A DNA stretch of 64,000 nt from Mantamonas sphyraenae STR306 (taxonomy: Eukaryota > Protista > CRuMs). The DNA is taken from assembly GCA_026936335.1 (NCBI GenBank), contig JAPMXV010000027.1, positions 1-64,000 on the forward strand, in the 5' to 3' direction. Numbering within the stretch: position 1 is the first letter of the stretch; each line of letters opens with the position of its first letter. The translations under genes and the position numbers were made by a program. The notes beneath the pieces were generated by a model that was not told the DNA's origin, did no database searches, and worked only from the letters and a program-made list of their open reading frames with translations. This document shows positions 21,215 through 33,400 of the stretch, piece by piece.

Positions 21215-24200
21215 TCAAAGAGCAGTGTATTCCTCGTCCTCCTCGTCCTCATCGTCTTCCTCTTGCTTCTTCCTGCGCTTCTTCTTCTTCTTTTGCTTCT
21301 TCTTCTTCTTCTTGCCCGACGATGTGGTCTTGTTCGAATCCAGATGGTTCGCCACAAACTCCTGCACCTCCATCAGTGTCTTGTTGTCCAGTGTATCCAG
21401 ATCCACCTCGACCGCATCCCCGCCGCTCGTAGGGCCCGCCGACATGACGTTTGCCTGGATCAGCTGCACCAACTCGGGCATCACGTGCACCGGCAGCAAC
21501 TGGATGTTCTGTGTGAGCTCCAACTTGTCGGCGTACGTCATTTCCGCAACCTTGCGCCGCTTCTTCTTCTTCTTCTTCTTCTTTTTCTTTTCATCCTCCT
21601 GTTCCTCATCCTCTTCGTCCCCATTCTCGTCCCCCATGGGCGAAAAGTTGGCCAAAATCCCGCCATCCACCGGCTGCGCCAGCATCGGGTTCACCCCACC
21701 CCCATCCTCCTCATCACTGCTATCCGCCCCAGCCACAGGTGCCAGCATCGGGTTCACCCCACCCCCATCCTCCTCATCGCTACTATCCGCCCCAGCCACA
21801 GGTGCCAGCATCGGGTTCACCCCACCCCCATCCTCCTCATCGCTACTATCCGCCCCAGCCACAGGTGCCAGCATCGGGTTCACCCCACCCCCATCCTCCT
21901 CATCACTACTCTCCTCCACCGCTTGCGCAAGCATTGGGTTCACCCCACCCCCATCCTCCTCATCACTACTCTCCTCCACCGCTTGCGCAAGCATTGGGTT
22001 CACCCCTCCCCCATCCTCCTCATCACTACTCTCCTCCACCGCTTGCGCAAGCATTGGGTTCACCCCTCCCCCATCCTCCTCATCACTACTCTCCTCCACC
22101 GCTTGCGCAAGCATCGGGTTCACCCCTCCCCCATCCTCCTCATCACTACTCTCCTCCACCGCTTGCGCAAGCATCGGGTTCACCCCTCCCCCATCCTCCT
22201 CATCACTGCTACCTTCCACAGCTTGTGCAAGCATTGGGTTCACGTCGTCCTCCTCATCACTGCTCTCTTCATCACCCTTACCCACAACCTCATCGTCGTC
22301 ATCGTCGTCGCTCCAAAAGCTCTCGTCCAGCTCTCCCGGCTTGAAATCAAACGCGTCGCTCACCTCCTCTCCATTGTCCACATCCACCACCACATTCTTC
22401 TTCTTCTCCGTCTTTTTCTTTTCCTCCTCCTGTTCCTCATCCTCTTCGTCCCCATTCTCGTCCCCCATGGGCGAAAAGTTGGCCAAAATCCCGCCATCCA
22501 CCGGCTGCGCCAGCATCGGGTTCACCCCTCCCCCATCCTCCTCATCGCTACTATCCGCCCCAGCCACAGGTGCCAGCATCGGGTTCACCCCTCCCCCATC
22601 CTCCTCATCACTGCTATCCGCCCCAGCCACAGGTGCCAGCATCGGGTTCACCCCTCCCCCATCCTCATCATCACTACTCTCCTCCACCGCTTGCGCAAGC
22701 ATCGGGTTCACCCCACCCCCATCCTCCTCATCACTACTCTCCTCCACCGCTTGCGCAAGCATTGGGTTCACCCCTCCCCCATCCTCCTCATCACTACTCT
22801 CCTCCACCGCTTGCGCAAGCATCGGGTTCACCCCTCCCCCATCCTCCTCATCACTACTCTCCTCCACCGCTTGCGCAAGCATCGGGTTCACCCCTCCCCC
22901 ATCCTCCTCATCACTGCTACCTTCCACAGCTTGTGCAAGCATTGGGTTCACGTCGTCCTCCTCATCACTGCTCTCTTCATCACCCTTACCCACAACCTCA
23001 TCGTCGTCATCGTCGTCGCTCCAAAAGCTATCGTCCAGCTCTCCCGGCTTGAAATCAAACGCGTCGCTCACCTCCTCTCCATTGTCCACATCCACCACCA
23101 CATTCTTCTTCTTCTCCGTCTTTTTCTTTTCCTCCTTTTTCTTCTTCTTCTCCTCCTTCTTCCTCTGCCTCTCCTTGGCTGTCTTTGCCGGCAATCCCGT
23201 CTCCTCTGCCGCCTTCTCCACCACCGCCGCTGCCTGTCCACTTTGTCCACTCTGATTCCTCGTGGCAAGCCATTGCTCGTACTGACCGTAGTCCTGACAT
23301 TCCGCCAACACCGTCAGCTCCTCCAGCGCAGCACCCATGTCCCGCACATTCGCCGCCACAAGCTGGTCCAGATGCTTCCGCTGCCTCTGAAGGAACGGCA
23401 CGTTCACAAAGCTGTAGATTTCCTTCAGGCCAAAGCAGTTGCGCATCGAGCTCTCAAACACACGGCCCTCATGGCCCGACGCCTCAAGCAGCTTTGTCAG
23501 CTCCTCCTTGGTCACCACCGCCTTCTTGCTCCCACAAAGGTCCACAAAGTTGTACAGCAACAACATAGGCATGCCCGACGGCACTTCGTCCAGGTGATCC
23601 CGTACCCATGTCACGCTCTTCTCCTCAAACGGGTTCACCATCACAATCACTGCGTGTGTGTTTGCGTACACGTCTACGCTCTCTGCATCCAGCACATTCA
23701 GCGAAAAGCTCCCGCTCCGCAGTTTCTTATCGATGCCAAGGTGTGCTCCTCCGTGTCCAACCTTGATCGTCTGTGCAAGCTGCTCCTTGCTCGGAGTCCC
23801 GCTGTCCACCACGTCCCAAATTTCCACTTTGCTGGCCACGTCTTGCGCTGCATGCAAAAGAGTCAGTTGCCTGTCCTCCCACCACCGCTCCTGTCGATCT
23901 TGCGAGTCCTCCCTCTCACTCACCCTTGTAGTTCCACTGGATATTCGCCGTCTGGATCTGCTCCGTAGCCCGGTACTTTTCCTCCCACGACAACCCCTGC
24001 AACCGCTGGAACAGGGATGTTTTGCCTGAACCACGCTCTCCACGGATGATGACTTTCACTGCGTACGTGAGCGTGTGTGCACATCACCCCGTGTGTTGTG
24101 TCAGTCCCGTTCCGTCTCCCAAGCCACACCCGTGTGCCGTTTTCCCTCCCTTTCCCCCCGACCCGCGCAAACCCACAGTTGTAATCCACTCCCCATGCCA

Positions 24201-24303
24201 GACTGCGTTTCAGTTCCGGGTTGATGTTTTGGAACTTTGGACTGCTCGCCTGCTCCTGCAATCCTCCCGCTCCCCCGCCGCCACTGCTCCCAGGCCGAGC
24301 CAT
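21215..24303 (-). CDS. RABL6: Rab-like protein 6 (RBEL1/PARF) with an acidic repeat array and a C-terminal ET/NET-like domain
   Basis: Exons 24303-24177, 24058-23924, 23847-21215: [62 protein letters not shown]. The start may lie further upstream. Confidence 0.85.
21590..23140 (-). repeat. Coding minisatellite (60/63-bp units, SSDEEDGGGVNPMLA...) nested in a higher-order duplication
   Basis: 18 NPML units in two blocks (8+10); each block is preceded by a duplicated KKNVVVDVDNGEEVSDAFDFKPGELD segment. Confidence 0.95.
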
Positions 24304-24724
24304 TTTTGATTCATCTTGCCCCATCCTCTCTCTTGCTGTGCAACCACCCACGTATCAACACACCCGCCCATGTGTCAGCATCGTATACCCAGCCAACCCT
24401 CTAGTCCCAACCGCATCTTCTCAGCCCACAATCGACCAACCTACGTTTGCGTTGCCTCGGCCGTCGACCTCTTCATTGCCATCCAAGGACCATTCGTCCA
24501 ATCTCGTGGCTCCCTGCCTGCGCCAACGAAATTCCATCGCCACCCGACCCACTATTCCAACGATGATGTTTGCCCACTCCTCCCAACCCGTACGCCATCC
24601 CACCACAACCACAGACCCACATGCCTGAGTCCACTCACCCCTATCTCCGCGCTCACACCCCCACCCCCTCACCTTCCCCGTGTTCCGGCGTTTTTTCCGC
24701 TCTTAGAATCCTGACACGTCCAGT

Positions 24725-26977
24725 TTGCTCGAAATCAACCCGTCCATCAAAGATCGCGTTCGCGCGCTCTTGGGCCTTCATCCTCGTCAACCGGTCACAA
24801 AGACTCTACTCAAGAGTCATCTCTTCCGCAAAGGAGTCTCCTATTCAAGCAATGCCTCCATCAACTCTCTCATGGAACAGGTTCATCGCATTCACACTCC
24901 GACCCAACCCGCCGCTTTGCCTCCCCCGCAAGGCCCGTCCACGGCCCTCGTTCCCATCCAAGCATCCAACACCTCCTCCTCCTCCTCCTCCTCTTACGAT
25001 CGCCTCTCATCCACTCTCGCACGCCTTCGTGCAGAGGGCAACCTCTCGCGCACCTCGATCAGCAGCAAGCTCTCGAAAATCGAGATGGTCGAGGTCGCCG
25101 CTGCCAACGGGCCCCACTCCGTCAGCGATCTCAACAAGCTCTCCAAAGCAGAGCTGGCCGCACACATCGCCTCGTTGATGTCGCCTGATGACCCAGAGCC
25201 TTCAAACTCCTCCCACCCGTACCCGCTGCTCAAACACATCCTCCACCTCTTCCATGCTTCCCACCATCCGGCTCGATCTCGTTCCCTCTCCTGGATTCAG
25301 CGTCGCCTTGCACGCCACGAGCGCCAAGTCACGCAAACAGACATTCTCCATGTCCTGCGCCACCCTGATCAGGACCAGCTTCTCCTCCACGGCTCCGGTT
25401 GTTGGAAGCTCGCTTCAGCCCCCGCCTCCTCTCCGCCGTCCCCGACGCATCACCTCATGGAAACCATGCACAACCACATTCAACAGCACGAAAGAGAACA
25501 CATGCGGGTGCAGAAGCAACTGACGGATCTCTCTATGCAGCTCCAACGCTCTCTGGCCTCCATTCAGCTGCAGCTTGCTCGCCTTGCTCCATCCCCGCCC
25601 TCTACACGCCGCAAGCGCTCCTGGTCCCAGGCGATGGTCCAGGATACACAGGAGGAGACTTTGTTCGACCACGTTGAGGACGACCCGTGGCAGACCTCGC
25701 CCCGCAAGCCTGTTGCCAGCCGCCGTCGTCTCGACACCTCCTACACCTGCACTCTCAGCGACAGCGGAAGCGAAAGCAGCCTACCCGACCACCACCTGCC
25801 CATGGCAAGCACCCCTTCTCTCCTCTCCTCCTCCACCCTCGCCACTCAATCTCCTGACGACAACGATCTCTTTGCTGAAACGACCCCAGACGACTCTGCT
25901 GCCGCCGCACTTGAGTACGCTTGCCTGGTCCAGCACCTGCGTCCTCGACACAACCCCCTCGACTACTCCTTTCTCTCGCCCCTGCTCCTCTCTCACCAGC
26001 AGCTTCAGGCCGCACACCCTGACATCACACACCCGTACGCCGTGGGCGACTTTGTCCTCCTCTTTCTCCATGGTCTGCCTCGCTTTCTCGACCACGTCAC
26101 CTCAGCGTTCCCAGACGTGCTCGACAATCCCATGTACGCCGATCTGCTGGCATACGAGCCTCATGCGCCGTACACGCTCGCCATTGTCGCCGATCTCGAC
26201 AGCACCTCGGTTTCCATTTCCTTGGCCCTTGAGACCACTCGCCTCTGTATTCCTCGCCTTGCTCCCTCTCCCCAGCTCCTGGTTCCTCTATCCACCATGC
26301 CCGAGGCTTTCTCCCCGCGTGTTTCGGGCATCTCCATGCTCGACAGCTTGCAGGAGCAACGTCCTCGAGGCTGTGCCATTGGCCTGGGCGACCTTGTGGC
26401 TCGCCCAAATCCTCGCTCTTCCACCTCCATCCACTGGCAGCACGGCCTCGTGTGCGAGCTGGACCCGATTCCGGGCATGCAACACTGTGCCACGCTCCAG
26501 GTCGCCTGGCTCGACGCAAGCCGCTCCGGCGTCACTATCTCCACACGGGACAACACCCCATCCCTCTGCACCGTCTACCCTTGGCAGTTGGTCCGAGTTG
26601 CTACACAGACAGAGATCATTCAGGAGATGCGCTCCCACGTCTCTTCCACTCCGTCTCCTCCTCACCGCCCGGTCAAGCGAGCCATTGCCCTCCTCTCTGC
26701 CCAGCCCTTTTACTCCCTCTTCTGCGCCCTCTACTCTGTCCATGCTCTGCCGCTGCCCCACCGCTCTCGCGCATCCACCTGGCCTTCCATCTCACGCGCT
26801 TTTCTCGACCGCCTCTGCGCATGGCCCTCCTCCCCCGCCTTCACCCGCAAGCTCTCTCGCTACATGGACGCATGGGACATCTCCTACCAACACCAAGACC
26901 CCCATGCCTATGCAAGACACCTTGTCGAGCGAGTCCTCGCCGCCGTCCACGCCACAGACGCACTGAGTGAGTATTAA
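24725..26977 (+). CDS. Hypothetical protein with SAP/HeH-like and winged-helix-like motifs and a coiled coil
   Basis: 750-aa ORF, probably preceded by an unresolved 5' exon (CTGAC..CCAG acceptor at ~24723). Confidence 0.6.
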   Translation: MLEINPSIKDRVRALLGLHPRQPVTKTLLKSHLFRKGVSYSSNASINSLMEQVHRIHTPTQPAALPPPQGPSTALVPIQASNTSSSSSSSYDRLSSTLARLRAEGNLSRTSISSKLSKIEMVEVAAANGPHSVSDLNKLSKAELAAHIASLMSPDDPEPSNSSHPYPLLKHILHLFHASHHPARSRSLSWIQRRLARHERQVTQTDILHVLRHPDQDQLLLHGSGCWKLASAPASSPPSPTHHLMETMHNHIQQHEREHMRVQKQLTDLSMQLQRSLASIQLQLARLAPSPPSTRRKRSWSQAMVQDTQEETLFDHVEDDPWQTSPRKPVASRRRLDTSYTCTLSDSGSESSLPDHHLPMASTPSLLSSSTLATQSPDDNDLFAETTPDDSAAAALEYACLVQHLRPRHNPLDYSFLSPLLLSHQQLQAAHPDITHPYAVGDFVLLFLHGLPRFLDHVTSAFPDVLDNPMYADLLAYEPHAPYTLAIVADLDSTSVSISLALETTRLCIPRLAPSPQLLVPLSTMPEAFSPRVSGISMLDSLQEQRPRGCAIGLGDLVARPNPRSSTSIHWQHGLVCELDPIPGMQHCATLQVAWLDASRSGVTISTRDNTPSLCTVYPWQLVRVATQTEIIQEMRSHVSSTPSPPHRPVKRAIALLSAQPFYSLFCALYSVHALPLPHRSRASTWPSISRAFLDRLCAWPSSPAFTRKLSRYMDAWDISYQHQDPHAYARHLVERVLAAVHATDALSEY

Positions 26978-27002
26978 ATAGAGATTCCAATGAACGCGCC
27001 GT

Positions 27003-28646
27003 TCATTCATACTCAGGCAGCTCATCATCATCATTTTCACCGTTTCCGGCACTGGAATTGGACTGCGTGGTCTGTTGCTGCCCGTAAACTGCTGCTTTTG
27101 CTGCACCTTTTGCTGCGGGTAGTACCCTTGCTGCACGTACCCCTGCTGCACATAACCTTGCTGCGGGTAGTATCCCTGCTGCTGCTGGCCCTGCTGCACG
27201 TATCCCTGCTGCACGTACCCCTGCTGACCATACCCCTGCTGACCATACCCCTGCTGCTGCTGCTGGCCCTGTTGCACATACCCCTGCTGCACCATACCCC
27301 TGCTGCTGCTGCTGGCCCTGCTGCACATACCCCTGCTGCACATACCCCTGCTGCACATACCCCTGTGCTGCTGCTGGCCCTGCTGACCATACCCCTGCTG
27401 CACATACCCCTGTTGCACATACCCCTGCTGACCATACCCCTGCTGACCATACCCCTGCTGCAGTGGCTGTCCCTGGTACACCTGGCCCTGATACACCTGT
27501 TGTTGACCTTGCTGCTGCTTCACGTTTGCAAACGCATACGCCGCCGAGGTCGTCGTGCTCAAAGTGTTCCAGTTTCCACCTCCCTGCCCTACGTTGCTGC
27601 TGCCACTACTATTGCTGTTGCTGTTGCTGTTGCTGCTGCTGGTGCTGCTGCTGCTGCTGCTGATCCCTCCACTCCCACTGTTCGCCTTGGACACCGGGAA
27701 CCAATTCATCGTCACGTGGATTTCTCCGACGTCCACCTTCTTCAGGTCCAGCCATTCGTCGTAGCTGCCTCCAGACATCGCCTCTGTTGCATTCACTGTC
27801 ACCTCTCCCAACGGGTCCGGCTTGCCAATCATGTTCCAGTCCTTCACAAAAAACGTCACCAGAGTTTTCGACGTGATTGGCAACGTCGTGGCAAAGTTCC
27901 ACTTTGGGTTCAGGCTCTTTTTGATCGTCCTCGATTTGTAGTCCTCGCCATCTGCTCGCATCACAACATACGGATCGCTGCTCTTGCCCTTGTCCGCCGC
28001 CAGCAAGTCCCTCGCTTCCACCACCGTCACAGTGAGATTCGGTTCCCACGTCAGCTCCACGCGCAGCTCTCCCTCTCCGCTGTCCACCGGGTACCAAGCG
28101 TCGTTTGCTTCAAAAGGCACCAATGAGTTGGGTGCAATCGACACCGAGCCCATGAAATCGTTGCTGGTGAAACGGTCCCAATCGTAGATTTTCAGCTCCA
28201 GAATGCTGTTGTCAAACGCACTCTGCGTCTCCACAGGACTGCACGTGCGCCCTCCACGGGTCAGACAACGTCCTCAAGCGCTTCTTCTCTCCTCCCTCTC
28301 TCTTTCCACCAACTCACAACGTGACCTCCTTGCTCCACGACGGATTCAAGGTCCCCTTCTTTACATCCGTCTTGGCGTCGAAACGCCCATACTTCATCTC
28401 CACAAACGGATCTGACTTTCCGTTCTTATCCATGGCCTGCCGTCCATCCGCCCCACAGTGCGCCAAGGACCCCACATCCCGACCAGCCCGCCCGTTTTGT
28501 CAGCCGGAACGTTTCCCTCCGACCCCAAACTCCGCCCACCGCTCGAAACGTCCCTGGCCCACGCTCTCTCCCGTGCCCATTCCACACCCACTCACCTTGA
28601 GGTTCTTGCCCTCGATCACATTCACCCGAAGTAGCGCCAGCACCAT
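27003..28646 (-). CDS. Tandem C2-domain protein with a Gln/Gly/Tyr-rich (QQGY) repeat tail
   Basis: [11 protein letters not shown] / [17 protein letters not shown] / [14 protein letters not shown]; second C2 [27 protein letters not shown]. Indels in the repeat tail; likely true end ..DDDELPEYE*. Confidence 0.85.
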
Positions 28647-28675
28647 CGCTGCCACTTGTAAACGTATTGGCCACA

Positions 28676-29431
28676 ATGGGGCGAAAGCGCGGCGCGGGCA
28701 AATCGCAGCCACGCACCAAGGCCACTCAGCTCACCTGGGACGGAGGCAACCCGCTTGACAACGACCTCCGCTACTACGAAGAGGCCCTCAGCTCCGACGA
28801 AGAGGACCTCGGCCAGGACGGCTGGGTCAACGACAGCCCACGCGCTCCACTCACTCCTGGAGCTGGTCCTCATCAGCGAAACACTTCCTCCACAGCATAC
28901 CAGAATGCCGCTGCAGGCCTTTCCCCGTCCAGCAGCCATGCAGACGTCCGTGTCGACATGGGGCGCGCCGCACACCCTGACGACCGCCACGTCGTCGCAC
29001 GCAACGAGTGGGCCGTCTGGGTACGCTCCTCTGTCGACTCCCTATCCCCCTCCTTCTTTCTCAAACTCTTCATTTGGTTCCTCCTCTACGCCTTCACCGT
29101 CTACATCCGCTTTGCCACCGTCTTTCTCATCCTCTCCGCCATGGTCTTCATCTTTGCCAACCTCGGCTCCGACGCCGACCTGCAGGACCAGATCGCAAGG
29201 AACCCCAATCGGCGCTCCGCCTACAGTGTATTCAATCCGGGCCAACAGGCTCTCTCAGGCTCCTTGGTATGTTCCGGCCTCCCTCCCTTTCCCCTCCACG
29301 CACGCGCGTTTCCTCGCACATCCCCCCTATCTGCCCTCTTCCTCGCTCACCCACGCCCTGCCCCACCTTCCGGCTCCACACAGGACATCCGCCAAATGGA
29401 GCGTGACATGGGTGGCCGCCAAATTGGCTAG
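28676..29431 (+). CDS. SAYSD1: SAYSvFN-domain membrane protein
   Basis: Hydrophobic segment followed by SAYSVFNPG..LSGSL; intron ~29267-29383. Confidence 0.9.
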   Translation: MGRKRGAGKSQPRTKATQLTWDGGNPLDNDLRYYEEALSSDEEDLGQDGWVNDSPRAPLTPGAGPHQRNTSSTAYQNAAAGLSPSSSHADVRVDMGRAAHPDDRHVVARNEWAVWVRSSVDSLSPSFFLKLFIWFLLYAFTVYIRFATVFLILSAMVFIFANLGSDADLQDQIARNPNRRSAYSVFNPGQQALSGSLVCSGLPPFPLHARAFPRTSPLSALFLAHPRPAPPSGSTQDIRQMERDMGGRQIG

Positions 29432-29488
29432 CAGTACTATGTCATTGCTGAAATCAACGCTTTCCTCTTTGTTGTTGTTGTTGTGCTC

Positions 29489-30268
29489 TCACTTTTCCGC
29501 CCGCTGCCGCTTCTCCCCCTCAACCTCTCCACTCTCCTCCGCCTCCTCTCGTTTGCGCTTCGCCCGTTTCACCGGCTTGAAGTGCTCCACGTCGCCCTCC
29601 ACCAGCCCCTGCTCCCGAGACAACCGTGTCCCCCGTGCCCACAAACACTCCCACACCTCCCACATGCTCCACGTCTTGCCGCATGTGCACAGCCCTCCGT
29701 TCAGTGCCGCCACCTGAGCCCGGCACGCTCGTTGGAACACTTCACACTCGTCCTGCTTCAGCTGCGCCTTGCTTCGTGTCGCACTCCACTCCATCGCCAG
29801 CTGCGTCTCCTCGTCGTACACTGCAAAGTCGTCCGGCCGCAGCAACACCAGTGTCCGTGTGGCTGTTGCAGGTCCAATGCCCTTCACCTTGCACAACGTA
29901 CCCACCGCATCCTCCAGCTTTCCCGTCACCGCAGCTTGTGTCGCATCGGGAACCTCCTCCTCCTGCGTCCTGTTCAGCAGACCGAACAGTGGGCCGCGAA
30001 AATGTCCACACGACATCTTCCACTGCAGGATGCGCGCCATCTCTGCCTTGCTCACCCTCTCTTTGCCCTCAAACTCCTTGCGGAACTCGCCGATCCGCCC
30101 CACCGTCTCCTCAAAGTACACCTTGCGCTTCTTTGCATTTGCCACCCGCTCCGCGCACCCTTCGTACACTTCTCCCACTGCCTCCAACAGGTTGTGCCAC
30201 ACCTTGCACGATTCCACGGCCCAGATTCCGTACTCTGGGCGGTCCCTGCCACTCGCTCGTGTTGACAT
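29489..30268 (-). CDS. Amun-like helix-hairpin-helix (DNA-glycosylase-like) protein
   Basis: SKAEMARILQWKMSCGHFRG and HhH motif LCKVKGIGPATAT; basic NLS-like tail. Confidence 0.7.
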   Translation of the reverse strand: MSTRASGRDRPEYGIWAVESCKVWHNLLEAVGEVYEGCAERVANAKKRKVYFEETVGRIGEFRKEFEGKERVSKAEMARILQWKMSCGHFRGPLFGLLNRTQEEEVPDATQAAVTGKLEDAVGTLCKVKGIGPATATRTLVLLRPDDFAVYDEETQLAMEWSATRSKAQLKQDECEVFQRACRAQVAALNGGLCTCGKTWSMWEVWECLWARGTRLSREQGLVEGDVEHFKPVKRAKRKREEAEESGEVEGEKRQRAEK

Positions 30269-30430
30269 TCTTCGCTCTCTTCCCTCGGCTTGCCTCCACC
30301 TCCGCACCTCTATGCCCATCCTCCCGTCGATTCCAACTCTCAATCTTCAATCCCTCAATCCTTCAATCCTTCAAGCACCAACAAGCACACAGCCAGCCCG
30401 CCTTGCCACAACCCAACCAACTGCCCCCAC

Positions 30431-33400
30431 ATGGACATCGAACCAGCGACGGGTGCATCCATGCACAACAACACCATTGCCGACAACGACGACGATGTCG
30501 TGCCCGAGTCCCCACAATCCTCCCGCGAATCCTCCCCGTGCTCATCTCCGCTGCCGGGCACCCAATCACACATTCGCTCTGTCGTCGGCTTCTCTCTTTC
30601 CGTGGACACCACGGCAGCCCACACCCCGGGCTTCCTTGCCGCCAGCGCCCACATGGAGGCTGAGTCTGCCAATCAACCCTCGCAAAACACTGTGCGTTCC
30701 CACGTCTCTTTTCCCGCCACCGTTCTCAAGAACCCAGGAACTCGGCCCGCTTCACCCACCCAGGCGCCCGCCGCTCCTTCCTCGTTTCCCCACGCACCAC
30801 CGCACCCCACGACCCCGCCCTTTCATCCATTTCCGTTCATACATTCTCCCCATCCTTTCCCAACACCCTTCCATCCCGCATCTCCGCTCCCCAACCTTTT
30901 TCCCGCCATCACTCACCTCTTGCCCCGACTCCTTTCCCCGCCTCTCCACAGACTCCCGGCTCTGCCAAGCGCAAGCGTGCACAGACGCCTCCTTCCGACG
31001 GCCCTGCTTCTCCACAGGCTGTCGCACATGCCTCCGACGACGACGAGAGCGAGCGCGCAGAGCAAGATCACGCGGACAAACTCGCCGCCGCCCTTGAAGG
31101 GCGCACACACACAAATGGTTTCACCGTACCACGCATGGTTGCACGCACTCGCAACCAAGACCTGGATGGGGTCGACGTCGACGCTGCCGCAGACACGGGC
31201 GCTCCCAAACGTCGCAAAGCCAAGCGCTCCAAGCACCTGCACACTGCCGGCCGCCCCAAGCCCAAGCCCAAGTCCAGGACAGCCAAGCGCTCCCACGCGC
31301 TCCCGTCTGCTGGGTTCAAGACCGTCAGTGGCAAGCAGATTCAGGTCAGTGACGCTGCCGTCAAGCGTGCGCAGCGAGCCATGGACGCTCTCGAGCGCGA
31401 CGTCACCATGCACTTTCACCAGCGCAACAAGACCATCGACTACGACGACGATTCCCTCACCCAGCACGACCTCATGCAGGCCAAGAAGCTCCTTGTCTCT
31501 GCCGACGAGGAGTTTGGCAACATGGTCACCCAGTTTTCCTCCATCGGCTTCACAAACGCAAAGACGGGCCAGGCCGTCCAAGTCTCCGACGCAGCCATGC
31601 AAAAGGCAGAAGTCCTCATCCAAGACGCTCAGGAGGAGCCCTCCTCCTCCTCCTCCAGCTCCTCCTCGACCCCCCCCCCCCCCCACCGCCCCCCGACTTC
31701 CCACGCGCAAACCCCTGCCACTCTCTGCACACCAACGCGCCAAGCGCTCCGTCATCCCCAACCGCAAGCCCAGCCCAAAGCACACCTCACCAGAACAATC
31801 AGAACAAGGTCTCGACGAGCAAACCATCCTCAGCATCCTCAACGGCGACATGGACGACGACTTTGATCGAGCCCTACGCCGCAACCGCACCAACAACCAG
31901 CCACACCAGCGACCTCGCACCAAGCCCAAGCCCAAGTCCAAGCACACCCCAACCCCATCCTCCGCCCCTTCCTCTGGCATGGAGCTCGAAACCACCCCCT
32001 CCGCCTCCTTCCACACTCCTCGCCTCTCCTCCTCCTCCTCCTCCTCCTCCTCCTCCTCTTCTGACAAGATGCGTGCCCTTGACGACCTCATGGACCAACT
32101 CTCCAACCAGTCCACCACCATCACCACCTCCTCCTCATCCCCGGCAAACCCCCTCGACAAGCAAGACCGAGCCGCCTACACTCCAAAACCCACACCCATC
32201 CCCACCTCCACCACCACCACCCGCCGTCTTTCCTTCACACCCTCATCCTCTCTCCCGTCCACACCGTCCACACTCCAAACCTCGACCCGATCCTCCTCGA
32301 AACCATTCAAAACCCCACGACGAACCACCACCTCATCCTCCATGGACACAGAACCAACCGCATCCAACCAACCTCTCTCTCTCCACCCCCACCCCTTCCC
32401 GACCACGTCCAATGCGCACAGACATCCCCTTCGGCATGCCATCCTCCCACGAAGCCTCTCTCGACCAAGACCTCCTCTCTGTCGACTCCCTCTCCGCCCT
32501 CGACTACACCTTTCCCGCGCACCAAGCGCCTGCCCTCGCCAGCATGCTCGATAGCTTCCTCGACGACGACGACCACGACGACTCTTCCGCGCGCCTCGGT
32601 GTCCCCGAGTTTCACCTCGCCATGCTTACCGGAGACCGTCTCGCCAGTGCGAACCACGCCTCCATCCACTGGGTTGCAAACCACTACCGTTGGATTGTCT
32701 GGAAACTCTGTGCCCAAGAACGTGCCTTTGCCTGGAAGAACGCAGGCAAACGCTGCAACGCAGACAATGTCCTGGAGCAGCTCTGGCACAGGTACGACAG
32801 AGAGTATGACCAGGGCCATCGCTCAGCCCTCCACCGCATCTTTGCCAAGGACGAGCCGGCAAACCGCTACATCGTCCTGTGCGTCGCAAACATTTACCAC
32901 GACGCACAGCAAGGCGCGGAGCGCCTCGAACTCACAGACGGCTGGTACAGCATCGACGCTTCCCTCGACGCCGACCTCGAGCACCTCGTTGCCACTCGCC
33001 GCATCTTTGTCGGCCAGAAGCTCCAGATCTTTGGGGCCCGCCTCGAGAATGCTGGCGACGGCCTCCTGCCGCTTGAGAAGCTCACCCGCGCGGAACAGGA
33101 GTGCCCCTCCTTCCGCACCCACCTCCTCGCAGACGCCTCACGTGCAAAGAACGCCACCAACCGCACCGTGCACCTCGCCCTCCAGTACAATGGCGTCCGC
33201 CGTGCCCCGTGGCACGCTCGCCTGGGCTTCCACTCTCAGCGCGTCCTCGGCGTCTCCCTCTCCTCCATTCGCCGCTCCGGCGGAGACGTGCCCATGGTCG
33301 ACGTCCTCATCGAGCGAACCTACCCCACAGTGTACATGGAAAACCTCGGCTCTTCCAAACGAGTCCTCAACCAGCGCGCAGAGCGCGTTTCTGCACGTGA

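Noticed and set aside
21680-22970. 60/63-bp array as a CRISPR array or satellite
   Set aside because: No unique spacers; it is an in-frame coding repeat in a eukaryotic gene.
18915-23968. Long antisense ORFs (e.g. 18915..21218, 21203..23968; likewise 36886..39180, 52084..54000)
   Set aside because: Shadow frames of GC-rich or repetitive coding sequence on the opposite strand.
27100-27660. CAG/CTG-rich and other triplet tracts (also ~48265, ~58790)
   Set aside because: Ordinary low-complexity coding tracts (poly-Q/S/A/T).
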